DNA of 30,617 nt from a virus (lineage: Duplodnaviria; Caudoviricetes), in the IMG/VR virus record IMGVR_UViG_3300027785_000096, positions 1 through 30,617 of that record. One strand, written 5' to 3'. The translations under genes were made by a program, and so were the position numbers. This document shows positions 1-9,857 of the stretch, piece after piece (positions within the stretch are counted from its first letter, which is position 1; each line of letters opens with the position of its first letter). Below the pieces are notes generated by a model. That model searched no databases and was not told the origin of the DNA. It worked only from the letters and a program-made list of their open reading frames with translations.

Positions 1-134
1 TCACCCTTTAGCAAATGCTTGGGGTCAAGGGCTCCTGAACCAGGAACCCTTTCCCAACCTAAACCAGTAAACTTCTTTAATACGTCACGTACTACAGTTT
101 CGGTTCGAGCACCTTTAGCTCTACTGTCAACCAT
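1..134 (-). CDS. D14: T5 D14-like PD-(D/E)xK nuclease/resolvase, N-terminal part (runs off window)
   Basis: Manual translation from ATG at 134: MVDSRAKGARTETVVRDVLKKFTGLGWERVPGSGALDPKHLLKG. The 'SRAKG..E..V......G W.RVP.SGA' pattern is typical of this family, and it sits at the T5-syntenic position after D13. Confidence 0.75.
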   Translation of the reverse strand, partial: MVDSRAKGARTETVVRDVLKKFTGLGWERVPGSGALDPKHLLKG

Positions 135-502
135 TACTTTTTAGCTCTTGGAGTTGGTTTAACAATAACAGGAGCAACTGTTGTTGTGGTTTCTGTAACT
201 TGTGTTGGCGCTTCCACTGGTGTTTCCACTGGTGTTTCTGCTGATGCTGTTTCTACTGTTTCTGTAGTAGCTACTGCGTCTTGCACAGTTTCGCTAAGGT
301 TTAGTTCAATCTGTTTGCCAGCGCCGCCAGCAATTTCTAAAACTTCGGTTTCATCTACGCTGTAAACTAAAGTACCGCCCTCAACCTCAACACTTGCAAA
401 GTCTTCGTGAGTTATTAACTGGTTTAAGAATACTTGTACTCTTTGGCCATTTCTAGTAACGTATACTTTAGCACCGTCTTTTAATCTTTCGATTTTAATC
501 AT
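134..502 (-). CDS. Hypothetical protein with Thr/Glu/Pro-rich tail
   Basis: 122-aa ORF tightly packed between D13 and D14, TAATG-coupled to D14. Confidence 0.7.
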   Translation of the reverse strand: MIKIERLKDGAKVYVTRNGQRVQVFLNQLITHEDFASVEVEGGTLVYSVDETEVLEIAGGAGKQIELNLSETVQDAVATTETVETASAETPVETPVEAPTQVTETTTTVAPVIVKPTPRAKK

Positions 503-503
503 T

Positions 504-2342
504 TTATACCTCTATCTTTGATAGGTTATTACGCTTTACTACATTGACCTTTTCTAGTAGAGGATGCGTAAACCCATGAGAGACTAGAAAGGTATTTAAA
601 TGTTCTTCTCTAAGCAGGACTTCTACTAATCTTTCTTTACCGTCTACATCAAGTGTTTCAACGGTTTCATCAAGAATAAGTAAATTAATTCTACTAGAGC
701 TTAGTGTTTGCATCAGTTTTCTGATTGCTAAAAGTGTAGCTACGTTTACACGGGCCTTTTCACCGCCAGAAAGTGCCAAAATTTCAATGTCTTTGCCGTT
801 GTCTGTAATAACTACGTTTAGCTTATCACTTGCACTAACTTTAAATCCAATTTGAAATCTTCCGTCAGATAAGTCAATTAAGTACTTATTTGTAATTTCT
901 TCTAAGTCTTTTACTAAGCACTCTATCTTATAGGCCACAAGACCTGTAGTAGAGAATGTTTTAGTAAGTACGTTAACAATAGACATCTTTTCTGACAATT
1001 CGTGAAGTTTTCCACTATATGTCTCAAGTTCTATATTCATCTCTGCCAACTGAGTAGTTATAGTATCTACTTTGGCGTTATGAGCACTTACGGTTGCATT
1101 TTGTTTTTCTGCTTGTGCAATAGCCGACTTAAGATTAGCTATTCCTGTTTGTAGTGCAGTAAATTTAGACTCTAGTTCATTTTTATCTAACAAGTCTTCT
1201 TGCAGCTCTGTATTTATTAGCTGATGATACTTTTCCCACTCGTCGCGTGCTTTGTTTGCAGCTTCCCAAGTAGTAGACTTTGAACTAAACTCTTGTTTAA
1301 TTAGCTCGATCTCTTTGAGACGTTTTCTAACTACACTAATCTTTTCTGACGCTTCTGATTGAATAATTTTCTGTTCTTCAATTAGTGTAGCAATCTTTTC
1401 TTCATCAATAGCTTGTAAGCAAGTAGGGCACGTTCCGTGCAAAGCACCGATCTTTTTAACAAAAGCCTCTGAATCTTTAACAGACTTATTAAGCTCAATA
1501 GAGCTAGTATTTAGTTGTCGTACTTCAGGACTTAAAGCTGTTACATTATCGACTGGAGCTTCCGGGATTGGAAATAACTTAATTCCGGACTGTATTTGCT
1601 TATAAGTGTTATTTTGAGTAATTTTCTTATTAGTATACTCTAGCCCACGTATTTGAGCCTCTAGTTCACTAGCTTGTGTAACTAAACTGTCTTCAACTAC
1701 TGGAACTTCGCAATATTCTTTGTGGGATAAATCCATTTTAGAATACTTGTCAAGCCAGCTGTTTACTGTATTTACTTGCGACTGTACACTAGATATATCC
1801 TTTGATAAGTCTTGGGATACTTCTTTGAAAATCTCTTGTGCTCTAGTGTACTTGCCTAAATTTAAGATTTCAATAAGAAACTTTTTACGGGCTGTATCAG
1901 CTGCAGTTAAGAACTCTAAGCTACTAGCGTTAGACTGATAGACAATTTGACTAAAAGTTTTGTGATCAAAACCTAGAATATCTTCAATCATTTTGTAAGT
2001 AGCTGTGGCAGTGTGTGCACTAATATCCACAGTATCTTTAAACAGCTTAACTGTTTGGCTAGTTCCACGACTAGTTTTAATTTGGTAATCTACGCCGTCA
2101 CGTTCAAAGTCTAGCTCAATATTATAGCTTTTATCTTTTACGTATCGATTTAGAATGTCTGCTTTTTTAATTGATTTGGAGTTTTTGTTAAATAAAACTT
2201 CTTCAAGAATAAGAGCAATGGAACTTTTTCCATGCCCGTTTTTGCCTACAAGTTGTGTTAAAGGTGCTGCAACAAAGTTTATTGTATTATCTTTACCATA
2301 ACTAAAAGCATTACTCCAGCTCAGCCTTTTGATCGTTATCAT
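504..2342 (-). CDS. D13: Rad50/SbcC-like recombination ATPase (T5 D13, T4 gp46-like)
   Basis: Walker A GKNGHGKS, long coiled coil with CPTC zinc hook, LSGGE signature, LILDE Walker B, VSH switch. Confidence 0.95.
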   Translation of the reverse strand: MITIKRLSWSNAFSYGKDNTINFVAAPLTQLVGKNGHGKSSIALILEEVLFNKNSKSIKKADILNRYVKDKSYNIELDFERDGVDYQIKTSRGTSQTVKLFKDTVDISAHTATATYKMIEDILGFDHKTFSQIVYQSNASSLEFLTAADTARKKFLIEILNLGKYTRAQEIFKEVSQDLSKDISSVQSQVNTVNSWLDKYSKMDLSHKEYCEVPVVEDSLVTQASELEAQIRGLEYTNKKITQNNTYKQIQSGIKLFPIPEAPVDNVTALSPEVRQLNTSSIELNKSVKDSEAFVKKIGALHGTCPTCLQAIDEEKIATLIEEQKIIQSEASEKISVVRKRLKEIELIKQEFSSKSTTWEAANKARDEWEKYHQLINTELQEDLLDKNELESKFTALQTGIANLKSAIAQAEKQNATVSAHNAKVDTITTQLAEMNIELETYSGKLHELSEKMSIVNVLTKTFSTTGLVAYKIECLVKDLEEITNKYLIDLSDGRFQIGFKVSASDKLNVVITDNGKDIEILALSGGEKARVNVATLLAIRKLMQTLSSSRINLLILDETVETLDVDGKERLVEVLLREEHLNTFLVSHGFTHPLLEKVNVVKRNNLSKIEV

Positions 2343-2589
2343 ACTTTAGTAATTCTCTTTTTAATTCGTGTAAACCGCCTAGTAATTTTCCGTTTAAGAA
2401 AATTTGAGGAACACTACGTGCATCAGGTACTTTAGAAATTAAATCTTTCTTAGAGTATCCGTTAATACCAATCATGCACTCAGTAAACTTAATAGCACGC
2501 TGCTCCAGTAAGCGCTTTGCTTCTGTGCAAGCTGGGCAGTTTGACTGTGACCATACTTCTGCGTTAAGATGACTCAATTTTTTCTGCAT
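2311..2589 (-). CDS. Glutaredoxin
   Basis: CPAC active site and SVPQIF..G..LGG glutaredoxin motif; overlaps both neighbours. Confidence 0.9.
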   Translation of the reverse strand: MQKKLSHLNAEVWSQSNCPACTEAKRLLEQRAIKFTECMIGINGYSKKDLISKVPDARSVPQIFLNGKLLGGLHELKRELLKYDNDQKAELE

Positions 2590-3526
2590 AATTTTGCATT
2601 TCCTTTAAAACGGCTTCAACAGTTTGATCTGGGAGCTCTAAGATATATGTTAAATACTCTTTGACTTCTTCTGTTAGATTCATTTCAGGGTCTAACATTA
2701 ATGCGGAATCTGTATCACGCTTGATAACCTTACGGTCAATCAGGTCTGAGTCTTCGAGTTCTCCAAGTTCGTGCATATCACCTTCAACTTGGTAAATGGT
2801 ATGGTCAAAATCCGTTGCTGGTTTAGGGTCTGCAACTCCAACGGTTTTGCGGATAAGCTGAGGTAAGTTGAATTTGAGCCAAACGTGATCCAAGCTATCT
2901 GAGTCAAGCAATATAGCTCCAGTGTCCACGGGACCTCTGTGAAAGCTAGTAGTATAAGGACTACCAGGATACAGAATATTAAGTTGCGAATTCTCATAGC
3001 TGTGCAAATCCCCTGCTAGAACAACGTCCCAGCGTTTGAATAACTCTAAGTCAACCTCAGGCTTAACATGCGGAGGAATTTCACCACGAACGTGTGTGCA
3101 TAAGATACGTCCATGAAACTCTCGTGGATCTTTTTCAAACTCTTTTAGCTTGTTATATGGTATAATGTCAATATCTGCTGATTTAATACACCAGAATTCG
3201 TCAATAACCTCTACTAGTGGATTAAGTCTGTTAGTAGACTTTTTAAGGTTTGTTAAGAAAGTTGTATCTTTCTTAAGCATTTCATGGTTGCCTGGATATA
3301 TGATTGTAGGTTTATTAAAACTTGCTACAAAATCAAAATATAACTCAACCTCATCCATGGTAGGCAATCTATCAAACACATCACCGCCGATTATTACTAA
3401 ATCGGCTTGCTCTTGCATTTGTTGAAATTGCTCAATAAATAGATGAAAACGATTTTTTGCCCAGTCAATAGGTACGTTTTTCTGACCTAGTTTTATATGT
3501 ACGTCTGCTGTAAATAGTATTTTCAT
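2564..3526 (-). CDS. D12: Mre11/SbcD-like nuclease (T5 D12)
   Basis: Metallophosphoesterase motifs ADVH, GGDVFD, GNHE, GDLH, YPGSP. Confidence 0.93.
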   Translation of the reverse strand: MKILFTADVHIKLGQKNVPIDWAKNRFHLFIEQFQQMQEQADLVIIGGDVFDRLPTMDEVELYFDFVASFNKPTIIYPGNHEMLKKDTTFLTNLKKSTNRLNPLVEVIDEFWCIKSADIDIIPYNKLKEFEKDPREFHGRILCTHVRGEIPPHVKPEVDLELFKRWDVVLAGDLHSYENSQLNILYPGSPYTTSFHRGPVDTGAILLDSDSLDHVWLKFNLPQLIRKTVGVADPKPATDFDHTIYQVEGDMHELGELEDSDLIDRKVIKRDTDSALMLDPEMNLTEEVKEYLTYILELPDQTVEAVLKEMQNYAEKIESS

Positions 3527-3535
3527 ATTTTATAG

Positions 3536-3573
3536 ACAAAATAGCCCGCAAAGCGTTTAGTCTTGCGGGCTAT
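3536..3573 (-). terminator. Rho-independent terminator after D11
   Basis: ATAGCCCGCAA/TTGCGGGCTAT inverted repeat followed by a T run on the minus strand. Confidence 0.75.
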
Positions 3574-3578
3574 GAGTT

Positions 3579-4226
3579 TTAACCTAAGTCTTTAACTGCT
3601 TCTTGCTCAGCAGCTGAGCTAGCGTCATCGGCTTCGTCGTCACTGTTTGTAGTGATTTTTGTAAGCAATGCTAGTACTTCGTCTTCAGTTGGGCGATTGT
3701 ACTTTTCGTCAATAGATTTAGCAGCAGCAACTAATTCACGTTCTGCATCTGACAAGGCACGAGTTTTACAACGCAACACTTGCAACTGATATTCGACGTT
3801 ATAGGCTAGGGGGCCTGTCTTAACTCGTTTGAAAACAACATCCCAACCGCTATCGAAATCTGTAGGATCACCCAAGTCTTCCGCTGCTGTCAAAATCTGT
3901 TCAAATAGTTTTTTCTTTAAGTTAAGGGCTTTAACCTTACCATCTTTAGGGTCAATACAGTTAACTGTGTAAGACCAGCTGCATTTTAGATCTGGGAAAA
4001 AGTCAGGCACATGATCTTTTTGTAGATTATCAAACTTTTCTTTGTCGCGGCTAAAAGCCAAGCACTCCACTGGAATGTCTTTGTTATTAGAGCCTTTTAA
4101 CCAGTAGATGTAGCGTGGGAGAACTCCACCAACTAAACGTACTGTGTTTTCGCCGTCTTTATATTCATAAGATTCGACTTTGTTTGATTGTGCTTTGCCT
4201 TTTGTGTTCTTGAAGCTAATTGCCAT
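3579..4226 (-). CDS. D11: T5 D11-like protein (probable ssDNA-binding protein)
   Basis: N-terminal 'F...KG.AQ', RY.YW motif, acidic C-terminal tail; position between D10 and D12. Confidence 0.8.
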   Translation of the reverse strand: MAISFKNTKGKAQSNKVESYEYKDGENTVRLVGGVLPRYIYWLKGSNNKDIPVECLAFSRDKEKFDNLQKDHVPDFFPDLKCSWSYTVNCIDPKDGKVKALNLKKKLFEQILTAAEDLGDPTDFDSGWDVVFKRVKTGPLAYNVEYQLQVLRCKTRALSDAERELVAAAKSIDEKYNRPTEDEVLALLTKITTNSDDEADDASSAAEQEAVKDLG

Positions 4227-4620
4227 TTTTAATTTCCTCGTACTTGAAGTATATTTTGTTTTGTGTTATAGTGATTAGTGGGTTTGTTTTTATGTTGTCT
4301 AGAGCAATATCTTTGAAGTATGATAGGTCTAAGTACGTTACGTTATATAGCTTATATGCGCTATAATCTCGTCTACCCGCTAACTGTATATATTGTGACT
4401 TATAAATTATATCAGTTATGTTATCGTTAAAAAATCCGTCAGGGTTAATTAAGTAACTATTTCCAACTAAATTACGGATAGGTTTTACTTTTGAATAACT
4501 GTTTTTGGGCATTTGTTTTTTGGTATAAAACAAACGAAGCTTTTCAACCATTTGTCTAGGATTTCCTAGGGTTTCTGCTTCTAGTACCGAAAGGTTAAAG
4601 AAAAGTATCATATCCGACAA
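4216..4620 (-). CDS. T5-type conserved hypothetical protein
   Basis: ORF directly downstream of a sigma70 promoter; 'YIQLAGRRDY..Y' motif. The start may be the second Met (4611). Confidence 0.7.
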   Translation of the reverse strand: MSDMILFFNLSVLEAETLGNPRQMVEKLRLFYTKKQMPKNSYSKVKPIRNLVGNSYLINPDGFFNDNITDIIYKSQYIQLAGRRDYSAYKLYNVTYLDLSYFKDIALDNIKTNPLITITQNKIYFKYEEIKNGN

Positions 4621-4630
4621 CTTAATATAT

Positions 4631-4659
4631 ATTATATCAGATTAACAAGCCGTTTGCAA
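4631..4659 (-). promoter_or_regulatory. Strong sigma70-type promoter
   Basis: TTGCAA-17 nt-TATAAT with an upstream A-tract. Confidence 0.8.
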
Positions 4660-4669
4660 GTTAATTTTT

Positions 4670-5965
4670 TTATACGGTAGTTATTTGCCAGCCTTTACGC
4701 ATATAAAGGCCCAGCCTATCGTTATTTTGTTTTTTATCAGCGTATCCAGCAAAATTAATATCCACTACTAAGGGATTTAATTTTCCTTCAAAAATTCTTT
4801 GAATCCTGCCCACAATTTGTTCTAACAAACTATCATTAGACATTGGAGCAGCTAAGATAACGCAGGATAGTGAGTTAATAGATATGCCTTCTGAGAAGAT
4901 TTGCCTTGACCCTGCAATGGCTTTTTTGTCTCCTGAGAGGACTTGTTGTTTGATAAGCTGTCGCTCTTCAAATTCTGTGTCGCCTGTAACAACCGCGCAA
5001 TCTTCACCAATGTATTCCTTAACTTTATGTAGAAACTCTACTCGGTCAGCAATAATCAAAACCGAGTGACCTTGCTGAATATGCATAGTAGCAATATCCG
5101 CTATAAATAACCTATAACTTTCCGACTCTAGTAACTCTGTTACTTTCTCAACCCAAGGCACTCCAGGTTTTAAAGTAATCCCACTCTTAACAATATGAAC
5201 TGTGGGAGTGAGTGTATTAGACTGTGGTGGTTTATATACTATTGGACCAAAGTAGTCTTTGAATAGTATATGCTTACCGTCTTTACGTATCATTGTGCCA
5301 CTGAGGGCAATACGGTATCTGGCATGGAAACAGTCGATAGTTGATGCAAATGTAGTGGCAGGACAGTGGTGGGCTTCGTCCAAGATAATAGTGCCAAACT
5401 CTTTAGCAAGCTCGGATGTGTGTTTGACCAAGGTTTGGATGTTGGCAACAGTGATAAAGTGGTCGGCGTAGTCCACTCGTCCACCACCAATAACGCCACA
5501 CTGAGTCCCGAATAAGACTTCGATTTCTTCACACCACTGGTCACGTAGCGCGGCAGTGTGTGTAATGACCAAAGTTTTTTGACCAAATTTGTGTGCCAGA
5601 TGGAGTGCGGTAAATGTCTTGCCCCATCCCACCAAGGCGTTGATGAAACAAGTATCGTCGATTGGGTCATATACTACCTGTTGTTCTGGCCTTAGCTCAA
5701 ATTTAGGGTCGGGAAAAGGTATAGCTTCTACTATACGTTTATCTATAATCTCGTATTCATCAGGAACTAAATCCATTCTACCTTGTGGTATTGATAAGAT
5801 ACCTTTTGGCAAAACTTTATAATTCTTGATTGTTTCAACAGTAGCAAACTTCTTGCTTCCAGTATCTTTTTTGATTTTATACGTTAGTTCTTTGATAATA
5901 TGTTTGGTATGTTCTACACCAGGATTATCCATATAAATTCTGTTTGATATTACTGCTTTAGGCAC
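4670..5965 (-). CDS. D10: SF2 DEAH helicase (T5 D10, UvsW-like)
   Basis: GWGKT, DEAHH, SGT, QIVGRIQR motifs; likely GTG start at 5965 with GGAG upstream. Confidence 0.93.
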   Translation of the reverse strand: MPKAVISNRIYMDNPGVEHTKHIIKELTYKIKKDTGSKKFATVETIKNYKVLPKGILSIPQGRMDLVPDEYEIIDKRIVEAIPFPDPKFELRPEQQVVYDPIDDTCFINALVGWGKTFTALHLAHKFGQKTLVITHTAALRDQWCEEIEVLFGTQCGVIGGGRVDYADHFITVANIQTLVKHTSELAKEFGTIILDEAHHCPATTFASTIDCFHARYRIALSGTMIRKDGKHILFKDYFGPIVYKPPQSNTLTPTVHIVKSGITLKPGVPWVEKVTELLESESYRLFIADIATMHIQQGHSVLIIADRVEFLHKVKEYIGEDCAVVTGDTEFEERQLIKQQVLSGDKKAIAGSRQIFSEGISINSLSCVILAAPMSNDSLLEQIVGRIQRIFEGKLNPLVVDINFAGYADKKQNNDRLGLYMRKGWQITTV

Positions 5966-6531
5966 TATACTAATCTCCAACTATCTTTTCTAGCATCTTC
6001 ACTTAATCCGTATAATATATACATTCGGTTTATTACTAGAAATACTGCGTACTGATGAAAGTCATGTGGCTTCTGTAGACTTTTAAATCTTTGAGATAGA
6101 CCTTCTACTTCTAATACACACCCTATACCATCCGCAGGTAAAACTTGTTTAATCTTTTTTGTTATCAGTTTGGCGCGTGCGTACTTTTTCCACTGGAATA
6201 CTTTACCGCTACTATCAATAAACCATGTAGTAGCTTTTGCAAGCTTTATTAAGTCTGCTAAAAAGTATATTGCGGTAGATATTTTATGTAGCACTACTTT
6301 AGGGTCTTGCTGCAGTTTAAGTCTACGTAAGCCCAACGTCTTTCCAGACACACTAAGGTCGTCTACAATCTTTAAGTTTAAGCTAGTATCATTACTTTCA
6401 TCTAAATACTCAGTATAAAAGAATACCAAACCGTTTTCGCGGTTTGGTTCCTTTTCACTTAATTTAAAGACGGGCCATGTTATCGCCTGTAATGCCGTAA
6501 ACTTCGTCGAAATGCCCGAAGCTGTAGTCAT
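5965..6531 (-). CDS. T5-type conserved hypothetical protein between pol and D10
   Basis: Long ORF at the syntenic position; start uncertain because it overlaps the pol 3' end by about 68 nt. Confidence 0.7.
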   Translation of the reverse strand: MTTASGISTKFTALQAITWPVFKLSEKEPNRENGLVFFYTEYLDESNDTSLNLKIVDDLSVSGKTLGLRRLKLQQDPKVVLHKISTAIYFLADLIKLAKATTWFIDSSGKVFQWKKYARAKLITKKIKQVLPADGIGCVLEVEGLSQRFKSLQKPHDFHQYAVFLVINRMYILYGLSEDARKDSWRLV

Positions 6532-8746
6532 CGCCAATATCCTGATCTACACCAATTGGTGTGTTAGGGATTTCACAACCCCATTCGTGCTGAGTATTAC
6601 GTCTTAGAATTTCGCAGTATTCTTCTACTTGTTCTTCTTTAACTAGCGCCACGATTGAGTCGTGGACGAGCATAAAGATTTTGGCATCCAGTCCACGGCT
6701 TTTAATTTCGTCCGCAGTTCGCATAGCTCCGAGGAGGTTAACATCACTCGCCAGTGATTGGACTTCAGCGTTAATACCACTTCGTACTTCGTGGGCGGCA
6801 ATCCCTTTGTCAGAGCTAAACACGTTCGGTAGTCTACGTTTGCGGCCGAAAAATGAGTATGTGTATCCATTTGCTTGAATAAAAGTTTTGCGATCATCTA
6901 ACCACTTTTTAAGTTTATTGAACTTAGTAAAGTAGGCTTTAATATCGTCTCGGGCTTGTTCTACTGGGTATTCATCTCCTGTAGCTTTTGATACCGTTTG
7001 AGATACTTTATTTGCTCCTGAACCGTACAAAATACCGAAACTAATAGCTTTAGCAGATTGTCGCATACTGCCAAACTTCTTCTTAACTTCTTCAACAGGG
7101 CCAGGCAATGCAAATACCATTTTAGCGATTGTTGAGTGAAAGTCGCCGCCACTGCTAAAAACTTGTTGAAGATTTTTATCGCCACTAAGCACAGCAGCGT
7201 AATACATTTCAGCTGTTGTCAAGTCTTGGGAGACTATCTTATATCCAGGTGGAGCAACCAAACATCCTTTGATAATAGGGTTGTCACGTGGAATCTGCTG
7301 CGCGTTAAATTTACCTGAGCTAGATAGACGCCCAGATGTGGTAAAAATAAGGTTAAAGTTTGTGCGAATTCGTCCATCTTTATCTAACTCTGGTAAAATC
7401 TTAGCAATATATGTATTCTGAATCTTACCAAGTTGACGTACTTTTAAAATCGCTGCAGGCAATGGATGCTCTTCGGACAACTGTTCGAGCACTTCTGCGT
7501 CAGTTGAGATGGCTCCGGTAGCAGTCTTCTTACCAGTTGGAGTGAGTTTGAGATAATCAAAAAGCACAACACGAAGCTGCATAACTGAGTTAGGGTTAAA
7601 TATCTTACCACTATCTTTCTCAAATTGTTTTACTGCTTCAAAGCTATATAATGCTTCTTTAGCTTCAGCGATTTGTTCATCCAAATACTTGTTAGCAGCA
7701 AACATTCGTTCACGGCTAATAGGGATACCTACTTCTTCCATGTCCATTAGGAACAATGTGCCTGGAATTAAGATTTGTTCGTATACTTTACGTAGCTTGT
7801 CATTCTTCTGAACGATTGGCCAGAATTTGTGGAACAGATCAAATGTGACGGCTGTATCAATCGAAGCATAGCGACTAATAGTGTCGAACGGAATAAGGTC
7901 ATAGGTAAAATCATCCTGCAGAATACCGTTAGCAGCACAGTATTCCTTTTTAAAATCGTCTAGTTCTGAATCATAGTCACCATAGTCTGTATATTTCAAC
8001 GCTAAAGGTTTTAGACCGTGACTGTCTGTCTCGTCTAGCACATAGTGCATAACCATTGTGTCGTGTACACGACTACGATCAAAGTCGATATCAAGATGAT
8101 ACTTAATCATCTTAAAGTCAAACTTCATATTGTGGAATACTGTATAGAACTCTGCAGCAATTTTACGCAATAAGTCAATACATTCTTCGTCTAAGCAGTC
8201 CGTCATAATATAACGGCCTTGATGTGTTTTATATGTAAGAGATACTCCTAGTACATACCCATCACGAGGATACAGTGCAGTTGTTTCCGTGTCCCACGCC
8301 ACGTAGCCTTGCGCATTTGCAATAATCTCTAGCAAGTATGCCTTAGCTTCTGCGGTATCGCTGATACCTTTGTAATCACCAGTGCTAGTAGGCTTTAGTT
8401 CTCCTGCAATATATTTGTGAATTTTATCACAAGCACGCTGAAAATCAGGCTTACCTTCTGGTTTAAAACTAAGCATAGCAGGATTACTAATGGCAATAAA
8501 CTTGTCATCAACAAGCTGTCCAGCCATATTAGTAACACTGGTAATCTTACCGTACTCTTTTGCAGCTTCTGCTCCCACTAAGATTACTAAGTCATACTCA
8601 GTTAAGTCAACCTCTAGGTCAACGTCTTTCTTCAAGAGTTTGGTAATAGGAACTGAACTCATGTGATAGTGGTCGAACTCAAACTGAAAGTAGTCTGAGT
8701 ATCGTGTACGGTTTGGGGCTTTATCAATTAAGGCTATTTTTTTCAT
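6464..8746 (-). CDS. polA: Family A DNA polymerase with 3'-5' exonuclease (T5-type)
   Basis: Exo motifs WDTET, HNMKFD, YASID; TSGRLSS; motif A DLTTAE; motif B RQSAKAISFGILYG; motif C VHDS. Confidence 0.97.
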   Translation of the reverse strand: MKKIALIDKAPNRTRYSDYFQFEFDHYHMSSVPITKLLKKDVDLEVDLTEYDLVILVGAEAAKEYGKITSVTNMAGQLVDDKFIAISNPAMLSFKPEGKPDFQRACDKIHKYIAGELKPTSTGDYKGISDTAEAKAYLLEIIANAQGYVAWDTETTALYPRDGYVLGVSLTYKTHQGRYIMTDCLDEECIDLLRKIAAEFYTVFHNMKFDFKMIKYHLDIDFDRSRVHDTMVMHYVLDETDSHGLKPLALKYTDYGDYDSELDDFKKEYCAANGILQDDFTYDLIPFDTISRYASIDTAVTFDLFHKFWPIVQKNDKLRKVYEQILIPGTLFLMDMEEVGIPISRERMFAANKYLDEQIAEAKEALYSFEAVKQFEKDSGKIFNPNSVMQLRVVLFDYLKLTPTGKKTATGAISTDAEVLEQLSEEHPLPAAILKVRQLGKIQNTYIAKILPELDKDGRIRTNFNLIFTTSGRLSSSGKFNAQQIPRDNPIIKGCLVAPPGYKIVSQDLTTAEMYYAAVLSGDKNLQQVFSSGGDFHSTIAKMVFALPGPVEEVKKKFGSMRQSAKAISFGILYGSGANKVSQTVSKATGDEYPVEQARDDIKAYFTKFNKLKKWLDDRKTFIQANGYTYSFFGRKRRLPNVFSSDKGIAAHEVRSGINAEVQSLASDVNLLGAMRTADEIKSRGLDAKIFMLVHDSIVALVKEEQVEEYCEILRRNTQHEWGCEIPNTPIGVDQDIGDDYSFGHFDEVYGITGDNMARL

Positions 8747-8765
8747 AAAAACTTTCTAATACTTT

Positions 8766-8794
8766 ATTATAGCGTATTTAGGCTAGTGATTCAA
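8766..8794 (-). promoter_or_regulatory. sigma70-type promoter for pol
   Basis: TTGAAT-17 nt-TATAAT. Confidence 0.8.
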
Positions 8795-8796
8795 GA

Positions 8797-9651
8797 TTAT
8801 TTTGTGACATACTCTGCTGTAGCATCTACGTCTTCTTGTGATAGTTCGCCAGGGTCTGTACCGTCTGGCAAATCAATTATTTCAACAATAAACCCACAAT
8901 CCTCAATAAGAGGTTTTAGTAGTTTAGCTGCTTTTTGTCCTGCTTCATCACCATCAAACATCATGTATACGTGAGTAACACCCTGTGCTTTGAAAGGTAG
9001 CAGTTTTGATTTTGTATTATTTTGTAAGGTATTAGTACCAAAACAACATACCACATTTTCTAAACCTTTGTCGTAAAGATTTAGCATATCAAAAATACCT
9101 TCTACTAGGACTACTGAGGTGTATCCTGAAGGTAAATGGCTTGGAAATACAGGAATCTGTACTCCACTTGGGTAGTTAATATACCGAGGATTTCCATTGG
9201 AAAGTGTGTGCCTACCAACATACACTACCGTTTTTCCAGTAATATCTTTAATTGGAAAAATAATCCTGTCTTGTAGCTTTTCTACTTGATTAGTATAAAA
9301 AGCACCAAAGTATTTAAGTGTTCTAGGGCTAATCCCTCTGAACTGTTTGGTATAAGGCGTGTATCCTGAAGGAAGCTCTAAGTCTAGACCAAAGTTTTTT
9401 AGTTCTTGTAGTTTTTCTTTAAGTGCCATAATTTTCATAGGCACTGGATTTGTAAATACTCCAAAGTATTTGAAGATATTTGTTTTAAACCCGCAACTAA
9501 AACAATGTGCGACACCAGTTACTTTGTCAACTCGAAAACTAGGGTTAGAATCCTCGTGCTCTGGGTTAAGGCATTTAATCAAATAATCTCGACCCGACAC
9601 TGTAAATGCCAAGCTATTTTTATTTATAATGTCTAATACTGGGTCGCTCAT
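8797..9651 (-). CDS. DNA primase (zinc finger + TOPRIM)
   Basis: C..PEH.D..PS...C..C zinc finger; VEGIFD and FDGDEAG TOPRIM motifs. Confidence 0.95.
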   Translation of the reverse strand: MSDPVLDIINKNSLAFTVSGRDYLIKCLNPEHEDSNPSFRVDKVTGVAHCFSCGFKTNIFKYFGVFTNPVPMKIMALKEKLQELKNFGLDLELPSGYTPYTKQFRGISPRTLKYFGAFYTNQVEKLQDRIIFPIKDITGKTVVYVGRHTLSNGNPRYINYPSGVQIPVFPSHLPSGYTSVVLVEGIFDMLNLYDKGLENVVCCFGTNTLQNNTKSKLLPFKAQGVTHVYMMFDGDEAGQKAAKLLKPLIEDCGFIVEIIDLPDGTDPGELSQEDVDATAEYVTK

Positions 9652-9652
9652 A

Positions 9653-9856
9653 TTATTCTTGTTTGTAAAATTGTTTACACCGTAACCAACCGATTTGAAA
9701 CGCCAAAAGCATATTCCAGGTTTCGTCAGTTATTTCATTGACTGCATCAAACTCCGCCTCAAAAACCTTCCAGAATTCCATACTTGCGTATGCTAGCTCT
9801 GGGTCTTTCATGGTTAACAGAATCTCTTTTAGTGTTAAATTACCTGCTTTTAGCAT
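9653..9856 (-). CDS. Hypothetical protein
   Basis: 67-aa ORF exactly filling the gap between helicase and primase. Confidence 0.6.
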   Translation of the reverse strand: MLKAGNLTLKEILLTMKDPELAYASMEFWKVFEAEFDAVNEITDETWNMLLAFQIGWLRCKQFYKQE

Positions 9857-9857
9857 T

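Noticed and set aside
212-235. 12-bp tandem duplication encoding ETPV ETPV
   Set aside because: Ordinary low-complexity linker repeat.
6464-6537. Long overlap between the pol C-terminus and the next gene as a programmed frameshift
   Set aside because: No clear slippery sequence; start-site uncertainty explains the overlap.
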